Source: Marsupella aquatica (taxonomy: Eukaryota > Plantae > Marchantiophyta). From it: 64,000 bases of DNA. Below, piece after piece: positions 50,759 through 64,000 of the stretch. Position 1 is the stretch's first letter. Each line of letters opens with the position of its first letter. A model generated the notes under the pieces. That model was not told the origin of the DNA and made no database searches. It saw only the letters and a program-made list of their open reading frames with translations. The stretch is taken from NCBI GenBank assembly GCA_973895155.1, contig OZ316898.1, positions 21,478,122 through 21,542,121 on the forward strand. Direction: 5' to 3'. Both the position numbers and the translations under genes were made by a program.

Positions 50759-53700
50759 ATGGAATCTGTCATGTTTTGAGAGGCTCCTTGCGTGTCAATA
50801 CCCTCCTTCCGTCGAGTAAGCCTCATGAGTTGCTCACGACAATGTGTTGGTGATAGGATTAGGGTTTACTTAATTGGACTACCTTTCATACGACAGAAGC
50901 GAATTTCAAGCACAGCAGATCTTGAAGACCTTGAAGAAAAGCTTGTGCAGGTGACAAAGCGCAATGACGAATACCAAGTTGCTAAACAAGGTTGGAAGGA
51001 GGACCAATCGCGCATGGCAGAATTGAGTGCTGACCTTCAAATGGGCACTGCAGAACGAGACGAGGTCACTAGCGAATTTGAAGAGTTCAAATTGCAGTCA
51101 CAGTCCAGGTTGAAAGACCTTGAAGAAAAGCTTATGCAGGTGACAATGCGCAATGACGAATACCAAGCTGCTGAACAAGATGGAAGAAGGACCAATCGCG
51201 CATGGCAAAATTGAGTGTTAAACTTGAAATGGGCACTGTAGGATGAGATGCTATCGCCAACAAATTTGAAGAGTTCAAATTGCAGTCACAATGCAAGTTG
51301 AAAGACCTTGAAGAAAATTTTGTGCAGGTGACAAAGCGCAATGACGAATACCAAGCTACTGAACAAGGTTGGAAGGAGGACCAATCACGCATGGCAGAAT
51401 TGATTGTTGAACTTCAAATGGGCACTGCAGAACGAGATGCGGTCACCAGCGAATTTGAAGAGTTCAAATTGCAGTCACAATGCAGGTTGAAAAACCTTGA
51501 AGAAAAGCTTGTGTAGGTGACAATGCACAATGACGAATACCAAGCTACTGAGCAAGGTTGGAAGGAGGACCAATCGCGCATGGCAGAATTGAGTGTTGAA
51601 CTTCAAATGGGCACTACAGAATGAGATGCGATCACCAGTGAATTTTAAGAGTTCAAATTGCAGTCACAATGGAGGTTGAAAGACCTTGAAGAAAAGCTTG
51701 TGCTGGTGACAAAGCGCAATGACAATTACCAAGCTGCTGAACAAGGTTGGAAGGAGGACCAATCGCGCATGGCAGAATTGAGTGCTAACCTTGAAAGGTG
51801 TGTTGCAGGACGAGATGCCGCGATCAATGAACTTGAGTTGTTGAAATTGTCATCAGAAAGCAGGTTTGAAGATGTTCAACGGAAGCTTGTAGAGCAGGCA
51901 GTGCGCATGGAATCATGTTTAGCTAGGTGCTGAATGTGCTTTGAAGAATATCCAAATACGCATGGAAGAATTGGAAAGTGAACTTGCAGGGTGCACTAAA
52001 CAACGAGATGATGTGAGCACACAACTTCAGTTGTCCAGATTAGAGTCACAGAGCAGGTTGGAAGACCTTCAACGAGCACTTGTAGAACAGACAAGGCTGA
52101 AGGCGGAATACACAGTTGCTCACAAAGCTTTGAAGGAGAAGGAAATGTGCATGGGGGAACTGAGAAATGAGGTAGCAAAGTGCACTGCCAAACGCAATAC
52201 TCAGCGCACTAACGTGGAGTCTTTGAAATTGGACTTAGAGCGTACAATGGCAGAGCTTGAACAGGTGCATTGTAGATTGGGCGAGAATGTAGACTTGCAA
52301 CAAATAGTTTTGACTCAGAAAGTAGAATTAAAATTCAAGGATGACCAATTGCACATAGCTCTTGCAAAGGTTGAAGAGTTGGAATGTACAGTGAGGAATT
52401 TGAAGAGAAAGCAGGTGTCGAACGCTAAACCAGTTATACCGTTCATGGTGGAACCAAAGAGGCAAGCTCATGGACGTCCATTACTTGGTTCAACCTCCAA
52501 CAATGAAATGACAACAGTGCCATGTAAAAATTGCGTACAGAGGGATGAGACTGCAAGTTGTTCTCTGTCTGTGGTCTCGCAATTGACTCGTATTAATTTG
52601 GAGGACCCCCCAAAAAGGCGACGACTATTGCGGTCGTTTGATAATGAAGGGGATAGCTTGGATCATGTTGACATTGACGCTACCTCCGTGCGTTGTACAA
52701 TTGCAGATTCCTGTTCCAATTCAGATTCAGAGATGGACTTTCCCCGAGTCCGAGTCCAACCTTTTTTGCAAACAGAGGAACGAGTGAGTAAACTAACCAT
52801 GTTGCAACGTCTTGTCCAAATACTCAGTTTGGATGAACAGAGCCGGTTAAGAAGGCTGACTGTTATTCCATGACCATTGCAGGAATACATCGATGATAGG
52901 GACTTCACAGGAGAAGCAAGCCCACTAGCTAGATGGGCTTATGCAAAATGTGACAGTTTACCAACATCAACGGAAAGGTCTATTCTGGATGCTGTCAAGG
53001 GAGAGTGGTGATTCCAAATGTTTTGGGGGCATTTTGGCAGATGACCAGGTAAAACCCTAAAGCTCACATCATTTCCTAATGTTGAGTGGGCTACGCATTG
53101 ACTTCAGGGTCATCATGTGTTTTGTGGTATGAACTTGGAATTTTCTTCCCCATTGCATGAAATGAACTAACTGTATTTGTTGGTAGGGAATGGGGAAGAC
53201 AATTCAACTGATTACACTCTTAGTCACCAATCGACCACCCAAAAGCAAGACCCTTATCATTTGTCCTGGAAGTGTTATGACTCAGTGGAAACGTGAGATT
53301 ACCACTAAAACTACTGCAAGGGCAAATGTAAAAGTGGTAATATTTCACGGGTCGGACAGATGTATGGATCCAAAGCAGTTGACCTTATATGATGTTATAA
53401 TTACCACTTACGGTACTCTCGCCCAACATTCCACTGTGGACCCACCTACACTGAGAAGAAAAGGGAAATTAAGTCAGAAAATTTCTGTGGAGCCAACACC
53501 CAAGAAAATGAAGGATCCATTGCCTCCTTGCCTGGAGCAGGTACAATGGTACAGGGTGATTCTAGACGAGTGTCAGGCAATCTCAACCATAGGAGTGGCA
53601 GAGCATTAGCTGCTTGCAACCTACATGCAAGAAGCAGATGGTGTGTAAGTGGAAATCCTGTGTCAAATTCTACTTGGGAGGCATACAGTTATTTCAAATT

Positions 53701-55440
53701 TCTTGGATACCCCCCTTATTGTGACATAGATAGGTTCAAGATTTTGAGGCAACATATTGCGAAAAGTAGGAAAGCTGGACACGCAATACTACACAACGAG
53801 CTGAGGGCCATTACATTGAGAAGAGATAAGAGTAAGACAACTACAACTACAATGTTCACATGTGTTGGAATTGGACTTTTCCATTATTTGGAATTGGTTG
53901 AATTTCATATGGATTTCTATGTGTTGTATGCTTGTATGCAATCTTACAGTTGGACATATTTTGTTTGCAGGTATCCTGAATCTACCTAAGAAGCATGTAA
54001 GAGTAGCTCATCTCGACTTTTTAGTTGAAGGTGATGCCATAGTGTATAAGAAATTAGAGGCAAGGAGTGCACCGGAAGACTCGGTATGTTCAATGTTTGG
54101 CCCACCCTATGTGGGTGTACTTTGTCATTATTCAATTGTGCACATATACCGTGGTTGCCCTGTTGTTTTGTACAATTACTCAACCGGGTCGATTTGTGGG
54201 CTTCACAAAAGGGAAACAAGAAAGAGACAGCTAAATTGCTGTCGTTGATGCTGAGAATGAGACGCCACTGTGGGCATCGTGACCTTGTCTTTCACAATGA
54301 AAAAGAAGATAGTGTGAATACTCCCAAGATCCAACCTGATGGAGTCCGTTCAGGCGAATTGGTAAACAAGTTGTTGGATGCTCCAGAAGGGGTGACTTGT
54401 AACAAGTGCCAGGTGATTTTTTGCACAGAGTAAATCCTATTCATAAATCCAGTACCCCGTGGGAGTGTTGTTCAACCGGGGGGTGATTGTTGAAACATTT
54501 GACATTGCACACTAACTTTGAAGTCCATTTTTGTAATATTTGCAGGGTGAGCTTTTTGATGACCCCATGATTTCCATCTGTGGTCACTATTACTGTTCCA
54601 GTTCAGCTTGTTATTTTGATCCGCTGGAAGAGGATATAATATGTGGAGCACCAGACTGTAAGCAGCAAATTTCATGGAGTACGGTGTACAGAGTATGTGA
54701 TATATGTACGTCGTCTAGCACTGAATTGGCAGAGGAGGACTTGGAAATTCTTGGTTTTCATACTTCTGGGCCATCACCCAAAATTGATGGTGTCATGTCT
54801 TACTTGAACGAGCTGCGAGAGTCTGGAAGTGACGATAAGACCATTGTGTTTTCTCAATGGACCGGCTTAATTGACTTGTTACAAGGAACTCTTGAAAGTG
54901 CAAACATCCAGTTCACAAGGGTGGACGGGAGCATGAGTTTGGAGAAGCGTGACCGAAATCTGAGAGACTTTGCCAAATCTCGCCAGGTATGCATAAAGCA
55001 CCCCATATAGGTTGTTTTGGTGCATGTTTTTGAGAAATTGTACATCTGTCACTCACTAAGCATTTCACTACACTGGATTGATTCAGATACAAGTCGCCCT
55101 ACTGTCATTAAAGGCTACCAATACGGGATTAAATATCATGGCTGCCAATCATGTACTCTTTACAGATATATGGTGGAATCCAACAGCAGAAGATCAAGCA
55201 GTGGACAGAACTCATCGTGTAGGGCAGACAAAAGAAGTGTTTGTTACACATTTCCTAATGAGGAATACTATTGAGGAGACATTGTGGCATGTACAACAGA
55301 GAAAGAGGACACTGATTGATGAATGTGTACACGGAAGTTTGAGTAGCGGAAAAAAGGATAACGCAATATTGTAGGAAGTATTGAAAGAGGAGCGACTCAG
55401 GTTGTCTAGGCAACAAGCAGTAGGAAGGCCGAGACGATAG
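50759..55440 (+). pseudogene. SNF2-RING-HELICc ATPase (RAD5/RAD16/RIS1 group, CHR27/CHR28/FRG-like) with an N-terminal coiled-coil repeat region
   Basis: Exons ~50759-50815, 50897-52783, 52883-53048, 53187-53831, 53971-54083, 54188-54412, 54546-54986, 55087-55440. Motifs GGILADDQ|GMGKT, TLIICP, DVIITTY, RVILDECQ, split RING (CNKC..CGHYYC..C), KTIVFSQW, WWNPTAEDQAVDRTHRVGQ. Lesions: stops, 4-bp duplication ~52925, frameshift ~53582, AG>GG acceptor at 54186. Confidence 0.93.
50927..52100 (+). repeat. 189-bp (63-aa) coding tandem repeats: five well-conserved and two degenerate
   Basis: gaccttgaagaaaag-like starts at 50927, 51116, 51304, 51493 and 51682; degenerate copies at 51871 and 52064. Confidence 0.95.
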
Positions 55441-57584
55441 AGCATTCACAAAGCTAGGCACATTGCTCGCCATCTAGAGTCTTTTGAGGCAGGCTTTGAG
55501 ACTCTTACAGTTATGACGAGTGATGGAGGCCACTTGAGTTGAGCTAATGACATCCTCTGCCACCATATTGCCCAAGCATTTGCAAAACCTCCAGTTGGTG
55601 GTGTGCAAAGAGGTGCATATGTGCCGTACATGTTTTAACGGACTCTGTAAAATTGTATTTGAAGTAGGCTAAGGCTTACTCCCATTGGATATGAGATGCA
55701 GGTGACGAGAATGCTGATAGTGTATGCACCACACAGGGCCTAAAATAGGATGCATCTATGGGCACATAACAAGTGGGTGAGATATGGCTTTGCATAGCAC
55801 AAGTTCTGACACGAGTATGTGGGCAGAAGAGAGAAAGGAAGTTCAGAAATTGACCATATTGTGATTGCAGCGGTGTATATCCTCCTCTGCATATAATGTC
55901 CAGCTTCCTCTAACAATATGTGGCCTTTTCTTTCACCAGGTTATGTTTGTGATGCTTCATGATGTGCTGGATGTTGGTGTCAGACATCCAGCCAAAGAGT
56001 ATCGTGGTATGGATGCGTCCTTGCAATTGACTTCCCGGTTATTGTCCAAGATTGTGCTCCAAGTGAACAGTAAGCTCTTCGGGCTAGCTGCCTAGTTTTT
56101 GAGCAATATGGCTGGCTGTGGTGGGCCGATTGGATATGTAGATTCAGCCCCGACTGAGGGGAAAAAGCAGTGAAAAGTTGGAAGATGTCATTCCTGAGTT
56201 GCTGAAGAACAAGTTGCTATCATGCACAAAGAAGGAGTCCTTGTGCAACGGAGTAGTATAAGTGGGGATAGTTTATGGGAGGTGACTTGGCATGAGGTCG
56301 AGGGTATAGCACCCAACCTTGAAGTTGAGCTTTTCCCAGAACCCCAACTGGAGCCGGAACAAGAGTCAGCTGTTGTTTCGGACTCCTCCAATGAGACGGT
56401 GGACTGGAGTGAACATCCTGTATGAACTGGTGAAGGGGATACAACTGTTGAACCTGAAAACAACAGTCAAAGAGGAGGAAGCTGAGGTGCATTTGGCAAA
56501 ATTTACCAAAAGCACAATGACAGGCAGGGTACGGTCTCGCCCATTTCATGATTGCAAGGTGAATTGCTGTGGATGGATGCAAAAGTGTGACCTCATTGAT
56601 TGCATATTCAGTACCACTCGGGATGTGTGGTATTCCCATGATAAGCTGGAACTGTTGTCTTCTCTTGTGTGTATGGTGAAATTAATTGGATTTGTCATCA
56701 ATTCATGGTGTAGGTGGTGAATTTTGTGGGTGCAACACTAAAAACTCGCGCTTTGGGTATAATGTGGTCCACAAATATCCCCTGTAGATGGTGAGCAGCT
56801 CAAAGTCTGGTGCTCTTATTACTGTTATAGTTCATTTGCAGATTGTAGGTGATGCAACATATGGTCATTTAAGATGTAGCTGAATATGGTTGCTACCTTG
56901 ACATTGCCCTTGCTTGTAGTGATCGGATGAGGATACATGAGTACAATTAAAACCTACCTCTGACAGGTGCACGGGAGCTGAACGTTGGATCCCTTGGGGA
57001 GTAGAAACCAGCAGGAAGTTTATCACCAGGACTCTTCAGGCTGAGCACATGATGTGATGTTGCTCAGAGAAGTCTTCGTTCAACATTGAAGAACTATTTC
57101 CTTACATGAATAGAAACTTTTGTGTAGTGGATGACGTTTTTGGCTTGAGCAAGAATTCACCATTTTGAATTCAACTGAACTTTTTTTCCCCTCTTCAAAA
57201 AGTGAATTAACATTGTGGCGGATGTTGATTGATATAGAATGTTGATTTCTGTTCAGCCTGCTATTGTAAGGAGGTTGAATGGGCAACCTTCTAGTAGGGG
57301 TGAAGGTTTGTTTGGGAACAAACAGGCACAGCAGGGTAGTATGGTTGCCTAATCTATCTTGTTGTGGGCATTGTATTGCACCTCGCGCTAACCCTTGGTA
57401 CACTCTTAATCTTAATAGGTGTTCATCTGTAAAGGAACAAGCTAGGCCAAGTATTCTGATAAACCCACACAACACTGTTTAAAGAAAAAGAACAAGGCTG
57501 AGTATTTTGAGAAAACCACACACTGTTGACACTGTTTACATGATAAACGGCCATTGTCAATAAGAGATACAAAAGTTGAGGTCA

Positions 57585-57950
57585 TGTAATGCGGTATTAT
57601 GGTTCATATTAGGAAATTGGGCCATATACGTGGATATCATGCACAAGCCAGGGTAATCTAATAATCGAGTAATGTACAACTAAGGTTAATGTTAGGAATA
57701 CGTCCGAACCTCGGGGTAATCCAATCACGAAGCAATGTACTAGACAGGTTAATCTTAGGATATTGTGCCATACACACGGATACAAAAGTTGGGGTAATCT
57801 TATCCATCAATAAATGTACATTAATTAATGTTCAAGATTTGTGCCATACACATGGATACAAAAGCTGGGGTAATCCTATAATTAATTAAAGTTTGAATGA
57901 ATGTATTAAGGAATGTACTAAGCCGGGCTGTAAAAATGTGGGGTTTTACA
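57585..57950. mobile_element. Possible solo-LTR remnant
   Basis: TGTAA...GGGGTTTTACA termini and an internal duplication; no TSD. Confidence 0.35.
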
Positions 57951-59065
57951 TACATGGACACAAGACTATAAACGCGATGACATGATGTAATCATGCAGGT
58001 TAGGTAAAGTAGGAAGACTGTTTGTTACAAAGTCTTCCTAAAGTCTTCGGCCACAAATGAGGTGTTGTACAACACATTTGTTATGTCGTACAACCATCTA
58101 TTTGAGTAGTGTTTTTTATCTAGATGCCAATGTCCAGTGCAAGGGAAAATTGGCAGGTCATGTGGGACCGGGGAAAATTAAATTTTGATTTATGTGAAGT
58201 GTGCCTCACATGTCCCTTCTAGGTTCTGAAAATCTAGGGTTGACGGTAAAAATAAAAATGTATAATGTGAGTATGAAATAGATACGGAGGTGTTGAGGAG
58301 TAAAACTAGATGACACCAGAATGGGGTAGGGGAAGTTTAGGGTCCATTTATATTGAATGTAATGAGAGAATTGTTTACTAGAATAAATGGTACCCCATAT
58401 TCTAATAATGTGTCTATTGGTCGATACCCAGGAAAGAAAATACCGTCCTATCTTCTTTGCACTTCAACCGACGCACAATGCTTGCCTTTCTGGGGAACAA
58501 GGTAGCCAAAATAAATTCACCGAAGAGAATAGATACGTTCAAAACTCCCGACTTTAATTTACAAATACTACAAAAAAATATTTGACTCTTACCTGAAGTT
58601 TTCCTATCGTCTAAAATCTTAAAGTTTCCCTTTCTTGAAGCTCAAATTGTTTTTCCTTCCCTGCCCTCCCTCAAGTTTTTTTCCCTAGCGCCTGAAGTTG
58701 GAGTTTTTTTTCCTTCCCCCCTGAAGGTGAAGTTTTTTTTTCTTCCTGGAAAAAGCTGAATTTTTTTCGCTTGCTTTGGTTTTTGCTATTTTTCTTCTCT
58801 CCCACTTTCACATTATGTAGGTTTACATCATGTGTGAAAAAAACTAGGATACAACGTATGGATTTGATGAAAAAAATCACCCCTGGCTTAGGGAACTAAT
58901 ATAGAGCAGGTAAATTTAGGCATGTACTTCGCCCAGTATTTGTCCATGCAATACCCAAAATGTTGGTGTAGTGAGGTTTAGGGTCTTTTCAGTACGTTCG
59001 GAGTCCTTCTGCCGGCGCGGGGCGCCTTCATGGGGTTCCCTGTCCGCTTTGTTGCTTGCTATGAC

Positions 59066-59505
59066 TAATAAAAGTACCCTCATTAATAAGAGTACCCTCA
59101 TGCACAAGACCCAACACAAGGGTACCCTTAGGAGATAAGAGTACCCTCACTGATAAGGGTACCCTCATTATCAAAGTACCATTGTTGATAAGCGTACCCA
59201 GTACTCTTGCTGATATAAGAGTACCCTCATTGATAAGAGTACCCTCATACACAAGGGTACCCTCAGGAGATAAGAGTATCCTCATTGATAAGGGTACCCT
59301 CATTGATCAAAGCACCATTATTGATAAGCGTACCCATTGATAAGAGTACCCTCGTTGATAAGAGTACCCTCAGGAGATAAGAGTACCCTCATTGATCTAA
59401 TTAAGTACCATCGTTGATAAATGTACCACATTGATAAGAGTACCCTCACTGACAAGAGTACCCTCATGCACAAGGGTACCCTCAGGAGATAAGAGTACCC
59501 TCATT
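59066..59505. repeat. Array of ~18-bp units (gataagagtaccctcatt) with a palindromic GGGTACCC/GAGTACCC core
   Basis: Over 20 gtacc cores visible in the array. Confidence 0.93.
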
Positions 59506-60764
59506 CACACGGGGAACAATGAAAATAGAAATAATTGTAACCATGTCCAAAATATGAGATCTTTGATAGCCATTCAAAAATAGTGTCCTTCAAAACCTTG
59601 AGGACTTTAGTTTAAGAACTTTTCTAACAAAAAATTCAAGAATGTTTTCATAGCAAAGAATCCAATAAAGTGTAAACTTCAATTTTATGGTGTCCAATTT
59701 TTTTAGATCTTCCCACACTGTAGTAAACAAATCCACTAAATTTTTTTCTTCTAATTTCAATTCAGTAAAAATTACAATTCCGGTCAAATAGTACACGAAC
59801 CATTTTAGATCTGAGTACCGAAATGCCGTAAGTTGTCATTTTTATCATTAGATTTATGAATAATTCAACATGTAGGTGGGGAGAAAGGGGGAATTTTGAT
59901 GTTGAGGTACTCACCTTCATAAATCTACTATTGATTTGTCCCAAGGAGTGTACAGTTCTTTCCTTGGTCTTGCCTCAATATTTGTACAATGTTGGCATGA
60001 ATGACACTGCACAGAACACTAAAAGGATTTAGTGTCTTGAGGATGACCAAAAACAATGACAAGAAACCTAAAACTGAAACTCATTTCTCCAAGTGCATGT
60101 AGAGCTTCATATCATTGGTAACAATAGTGCTTGAAGCCAACTTACTTTTGAATGAACTGTAAGGCAATATCTTGTGAAAGAGGGCCAATAGCTTCCCAAC
60201 TACTAAAGGAAGTAGATTTTGCACCCACAAAGTCATCCCAATGTCAACCAGATCCCCTTGTGCAATCTGAGAAATGTGGAGTATTCAATAAAAGTTCAAA
60301 GCAAAATGCAATAAAACCATCATAAACTCAATATAATGAAATGATGTGATGTGTTCTGCAAACCCTTCTATTTTTAAAATATCTACTAATTAAAAGGAAA
60401 GGATAATACACTAGAATTTACTTCAAAACTGTTAATCATGTTCTCCAAACAATAAGAATGATAGGGAGGGAAAATGTCAACCTGGCCATACGCCCAAGTT
60501 AGGGTGTGAAGCTTAATTTTCAAGAGTTTATGAAATAATAATAAGTTTATGATAGATTTTATTAATTTTCAAAATGATTGTTGAGTCTGAAGAGATCCTG
60601 GAAAGCTAAGGAAATTTTTTAGAGGCATGTACCCAACCACATGTAAGCACAAGATAACTGTTGTCTAATGTCTTGATGGTTCTTCTGATAAAAAATGAAC
60701 TCTCTACAATTTCCGAACAATACATCCACATCAGGGGCACTATGCCAACCCACTTTGTTCAACA

Positions 60765-61303
60765 TCAAAGCCAAGATATGTGATCTCTGACAGGAATGCG
60801 CAAAGTAGGATCGATGGGATGACAATGACAATAAAAGATCCATCGATCAACACCATGTGCAAAGTGATCATAGATTTCTCTGTCACAAGCATAGCCTTCT
60901 GTCTGACGCTCCTTCAAGCAATGATAATGCCACATTGTGGGACACCTAACACAATGGACTATGTTTGTCCAATACTCATCATCATGCTCACCACATGCCT
61001 TGCATGTATGAAGTGGGCAAAGTGTAGCATGAGTAGGCAAACATGACAAACAATAAAATCTCACACAAAATCTATCAGGGCATTTCCTAACAACTGGTCT
61101 AACATCAATAGAGCTCTCATAAGATCCCAACTTCCCACATTGTGCACACTTAGCCTGCTTCTCTACACAATCAATGCACATTCAGGCTCCCTGGTGTGCA
61201 GAGGGGAGGCCCACCCCTGTATATATCTTCTCTGCACAGCGCGTGCAATGAGGCCGGTCTTCAGGCCATTTCAGGGTATTTAGGGAGCGCGGTGCATGGT
61301 CTC
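60765..61303 (-). pseudogene. EDM2-like atypical PHD-finger cluster exon
   Basis: CxxC..KLGS..S..V..C....C..FY, CPLHTCKAC, CVRCPTMWHYHCL and IFYCHCHPIDPTLRIPVRDHISW match the recalled EDM2 pattern (YC..H.ID..L..PVRDH); in-frame TGA at 61182-61184. Confidence 0.85.
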
Positions 61304-64000
61304 CTACATGCAGTGCACGGTCTCGATGTTTCAACATTTGGACTCCCATAACATTATTATTAAAACCTTTAAACTCCGCTAGTATTGATTAGGGTGACTT
61401 ACGGGTGGTTGCCGTAGGCTCCCATAACATTATTTTTTAAGTGTTCATACACCACTAGCATTCATTGTGACTCACTTGTAGTCCCGCACTCCCATAACAT
61501 TTCCAATAAAAGTCTTTTGCAGCTATAACATTCATGCTGAAACCATTGGACTCCCTTAGCATCAAAAGTGTCACCATTCAATTAGGTTCGTGAGAAATAC
61601 AAAGGAAACAAAGCTTGGTCAATGCTTCTAGAATTCCTGTACCAGCCTTCAATCTGGTTCTTTAATGTGCTTATCACCTTCAAATTCCCTTCTGCATTAT
61701 TGTTGGGTCGGTATTTTGGTCGGGAAGCATTGGCCTTCGAGAATTCCTGCTGCTGGCCTTCAATCTGGTCCTTGACTGTGCTCGCCACCTCCAAATTCCC
61801 TTCAATCTGCATCTTGAATCTTGCGTCGCTTGGATGGCGTACTGACGTTGTCAATAATTGCAGCAAGTGATGGATTAGAGTCATTGTCAGATGCAGTCTT
61901 CGAGCAAAGGCGTTTCCGAATGGTTACGGTTTTTATGCTTACTGGTGGCAGTGCATCGTGAATCTTGTGTTGCTTGGATGGCGTACTGACGTTGTCAATA
62001 ATTGCAGCAAGTGATGGATTTGAGTCGTTGTTGGATGCAGTCTTTGAGCGAAGGCGTTTCCGAATGGTTGCGTTTTTTATGCTTACTGGTGGCAGTGGCG
62101 TGGCGTGGTTTCAGGCCGAGTGTGCAGTGATGGAGCTTCCCTTCTGTACAACATCCACGGTTGCGGTATTCATGCCTTGCTACTCACCTCCATCTGTGTT
62201 GCAACTCCATTCAGACACTCCTAGGACCCAAATCGCCTTCACTGTCCAACCCACCATACAAGACTCTTATGTAAAGGCTGTGTCTCACATGCGATGCATG
62301 GTATGTCTCCAAGTTTCAGCATATGGACTCCCACAACATTTCTGGTTAAAGTGGAGGCTCCCATAACATTTCCGGTTAAACCATAGACTCCCATAGCTTT
62401 CATGTTGAAACCTTTAAACTCCGTTAGCATCAAATGTGTCACCATTCAATTTTGGACGTGGGAAATGAGATACAAATTAAAGAAGACCAGGCTTCCTAAT
62501 TAGAACTAATTCACTCTGTATAGTTGTGATATATTATTTACTCTCTAGACTCAATGCTAATCCACACCCAGGTCTATGCCCGATCCGCCTCAAACTCTTG
62601 GGCCCGTAATGCCAGGTGTGGTAATTCAGCTTCCTCCTGTTGTTGCTGCTCCTCAGCCTACGCCTGCCAAAAAGCTGCCTTCTGCCTTGCCTTATACTCC
62701 ACCCCTTGGCACACTTGTAGGACCTCGCGATCCGGCTGTTCCTTTTGATGTGTGGGATGTCGAGTTTCTGCTTCACGAATGTTGAATTGTGTTACCAGGT
62801 TGTCAAAATAATGGGGCCGTGATGCAGAACACGCGGCCGGTAAGGGCCTGTAGGAGAAGCAAAAACAACACTGACCGCAAATTCTTGCCCACGTAGTCAA
62901 AGAGGATAGTAGACACCTCGGAGTCACTAAGCCGTTGGGAAAATCTTGAGTGTGGATTCCACCAGAGCTGAAATGTGATGATGCTCAATACAGGAGTCTA
63001 GCTTAGCCCGAGTAAATTTACCCACCGGCGCCTCAATGAACTTGATAAATTCATAGATCACCGGGTCGCCCCATTTGATGTAGATAGATTCCAACTGCTT
63101 GAAGTCTGGTTGGTTACACGGGTCAAAGTTTGCTTTGTAGTCATTCACTACGGCATGTTTGTCAAGTGCCTTGAGAGGAGATCTTTGGAGCAGTTGTTGT
63201 TGGATGTCTTCCCCCAAGCTGGCGTTGAATTGAACCACAAAGAGAGCATTACTTAGGCAGTTCGTCGTGGAGTCCCAACTTAATCTCATTCTCCTGGTTG
63301 AAAGTTGACAGCCAATCTCTAGCCTGCCAGGAATTGAATTCCGATTCAAAGCCTAGTACCACCTTATTCCTAAAAATCCGTTGGCTACCCAGCTGTAGAA
63401 TCTCCATGGGGGATGCAGAAGATTTCCTCATTGTCGGCCGTGGGAATACTAGGTGGGTTAAGATTCTTCAGGTGGACAGGTCCACGGGAGGTGGCCTTTG
63501 TTGCGTGGCGGTGGATCACATTTGTAGATTTCAATGAGGTCGGTTTAGACTTCCACTGCGAGTGGGCGCTGGCCATACCGAGACAAAACTTTTTCATATT
63601 TTTTGACAGAGCGTGAAAGCAGCCTTCAAATTAACTTACTGCCACTTTTGTCGCATTATAGTTCTAGCTCTCCTGCTATCTTCCTTTGTACCCGTCTCTT
63701 CTCTCTTCTGGTTGGAATTGCTGCTCGACTTAGCATTTCCTTCATATCCACGAGCGATGGCGGGCAATTTGCTCTCTGTTGGACAGAATGCTTGACAGAA
63801 TTCCACGATCACTTGTTATACATAGTTGATATATTCTTGTGTTCATTTTTCTTGTCCATTTGGAAATTGCACAAATTAACAAAAGTATCCATAAAGGTCT
63901 GTCATCGTAGAAAGTCAATTTTAAGCACTCCCTCGGAGGTGTAATTGTTCAGCATTTGTAAATACCTCGCACTATATATCACGGCTGTACACATCGAATT
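60996..64000 (+). repeat. Segmental duplication, copy 2 (runs off the window end; includes the ORF1 remnant at ~62553-63593)
   Basis: Matches 42833-45836. Confidence 0.98.

Noticed and set aside
55450-57480. Possible additional decayed gene downstream of the SNF2 gene (also 47600-48250)
   Set aside because: Only short overlapping ORFs with no recognisable domain or consistent strand

Overview
Repeat-dense, heterochromatin-like plant genomic DNA. It has TTTAGGG telomere motifs, GT-AG introns and no clearly intact housekeeping gene; the protein families suggest a non-seed plant such as a bryophyte (inference). Positions 1-41.8 kb are nested mobile-element debris. They include a decayed Ty1/copia element, two related solo LTRs with perfect 5-bp TSDs, a Mutator-like foldback MITE with a 9-bp TSD, and other inverted-repeat elements. 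They also hold a LINE ORF1 remnant, satellites, and two elements carrying very long acidic/coiled-coil ORFs without RT, one of them antisense to a PPT+LTR. At 41.86-42.83 kb a G-rich telomere-like array and TTTAGGG seeds join a truncated copy of a ~18.16-kb repeat unit: 42833-45836 recurs almost identically at 60996-64000. That unit carries two decayed chromatin-regulator genes in convergent orientation, an EDM2-type PHD-finger exon and an intron-containing SNF2-RING-HELICc gene (CHR27/CHR28/FRG-like) fused to 63-aa coiled-coil repeats. It also contains a LINE ORF1 remnant inside a large palindrome and several satellites. All calls are by eye; no searches were run.
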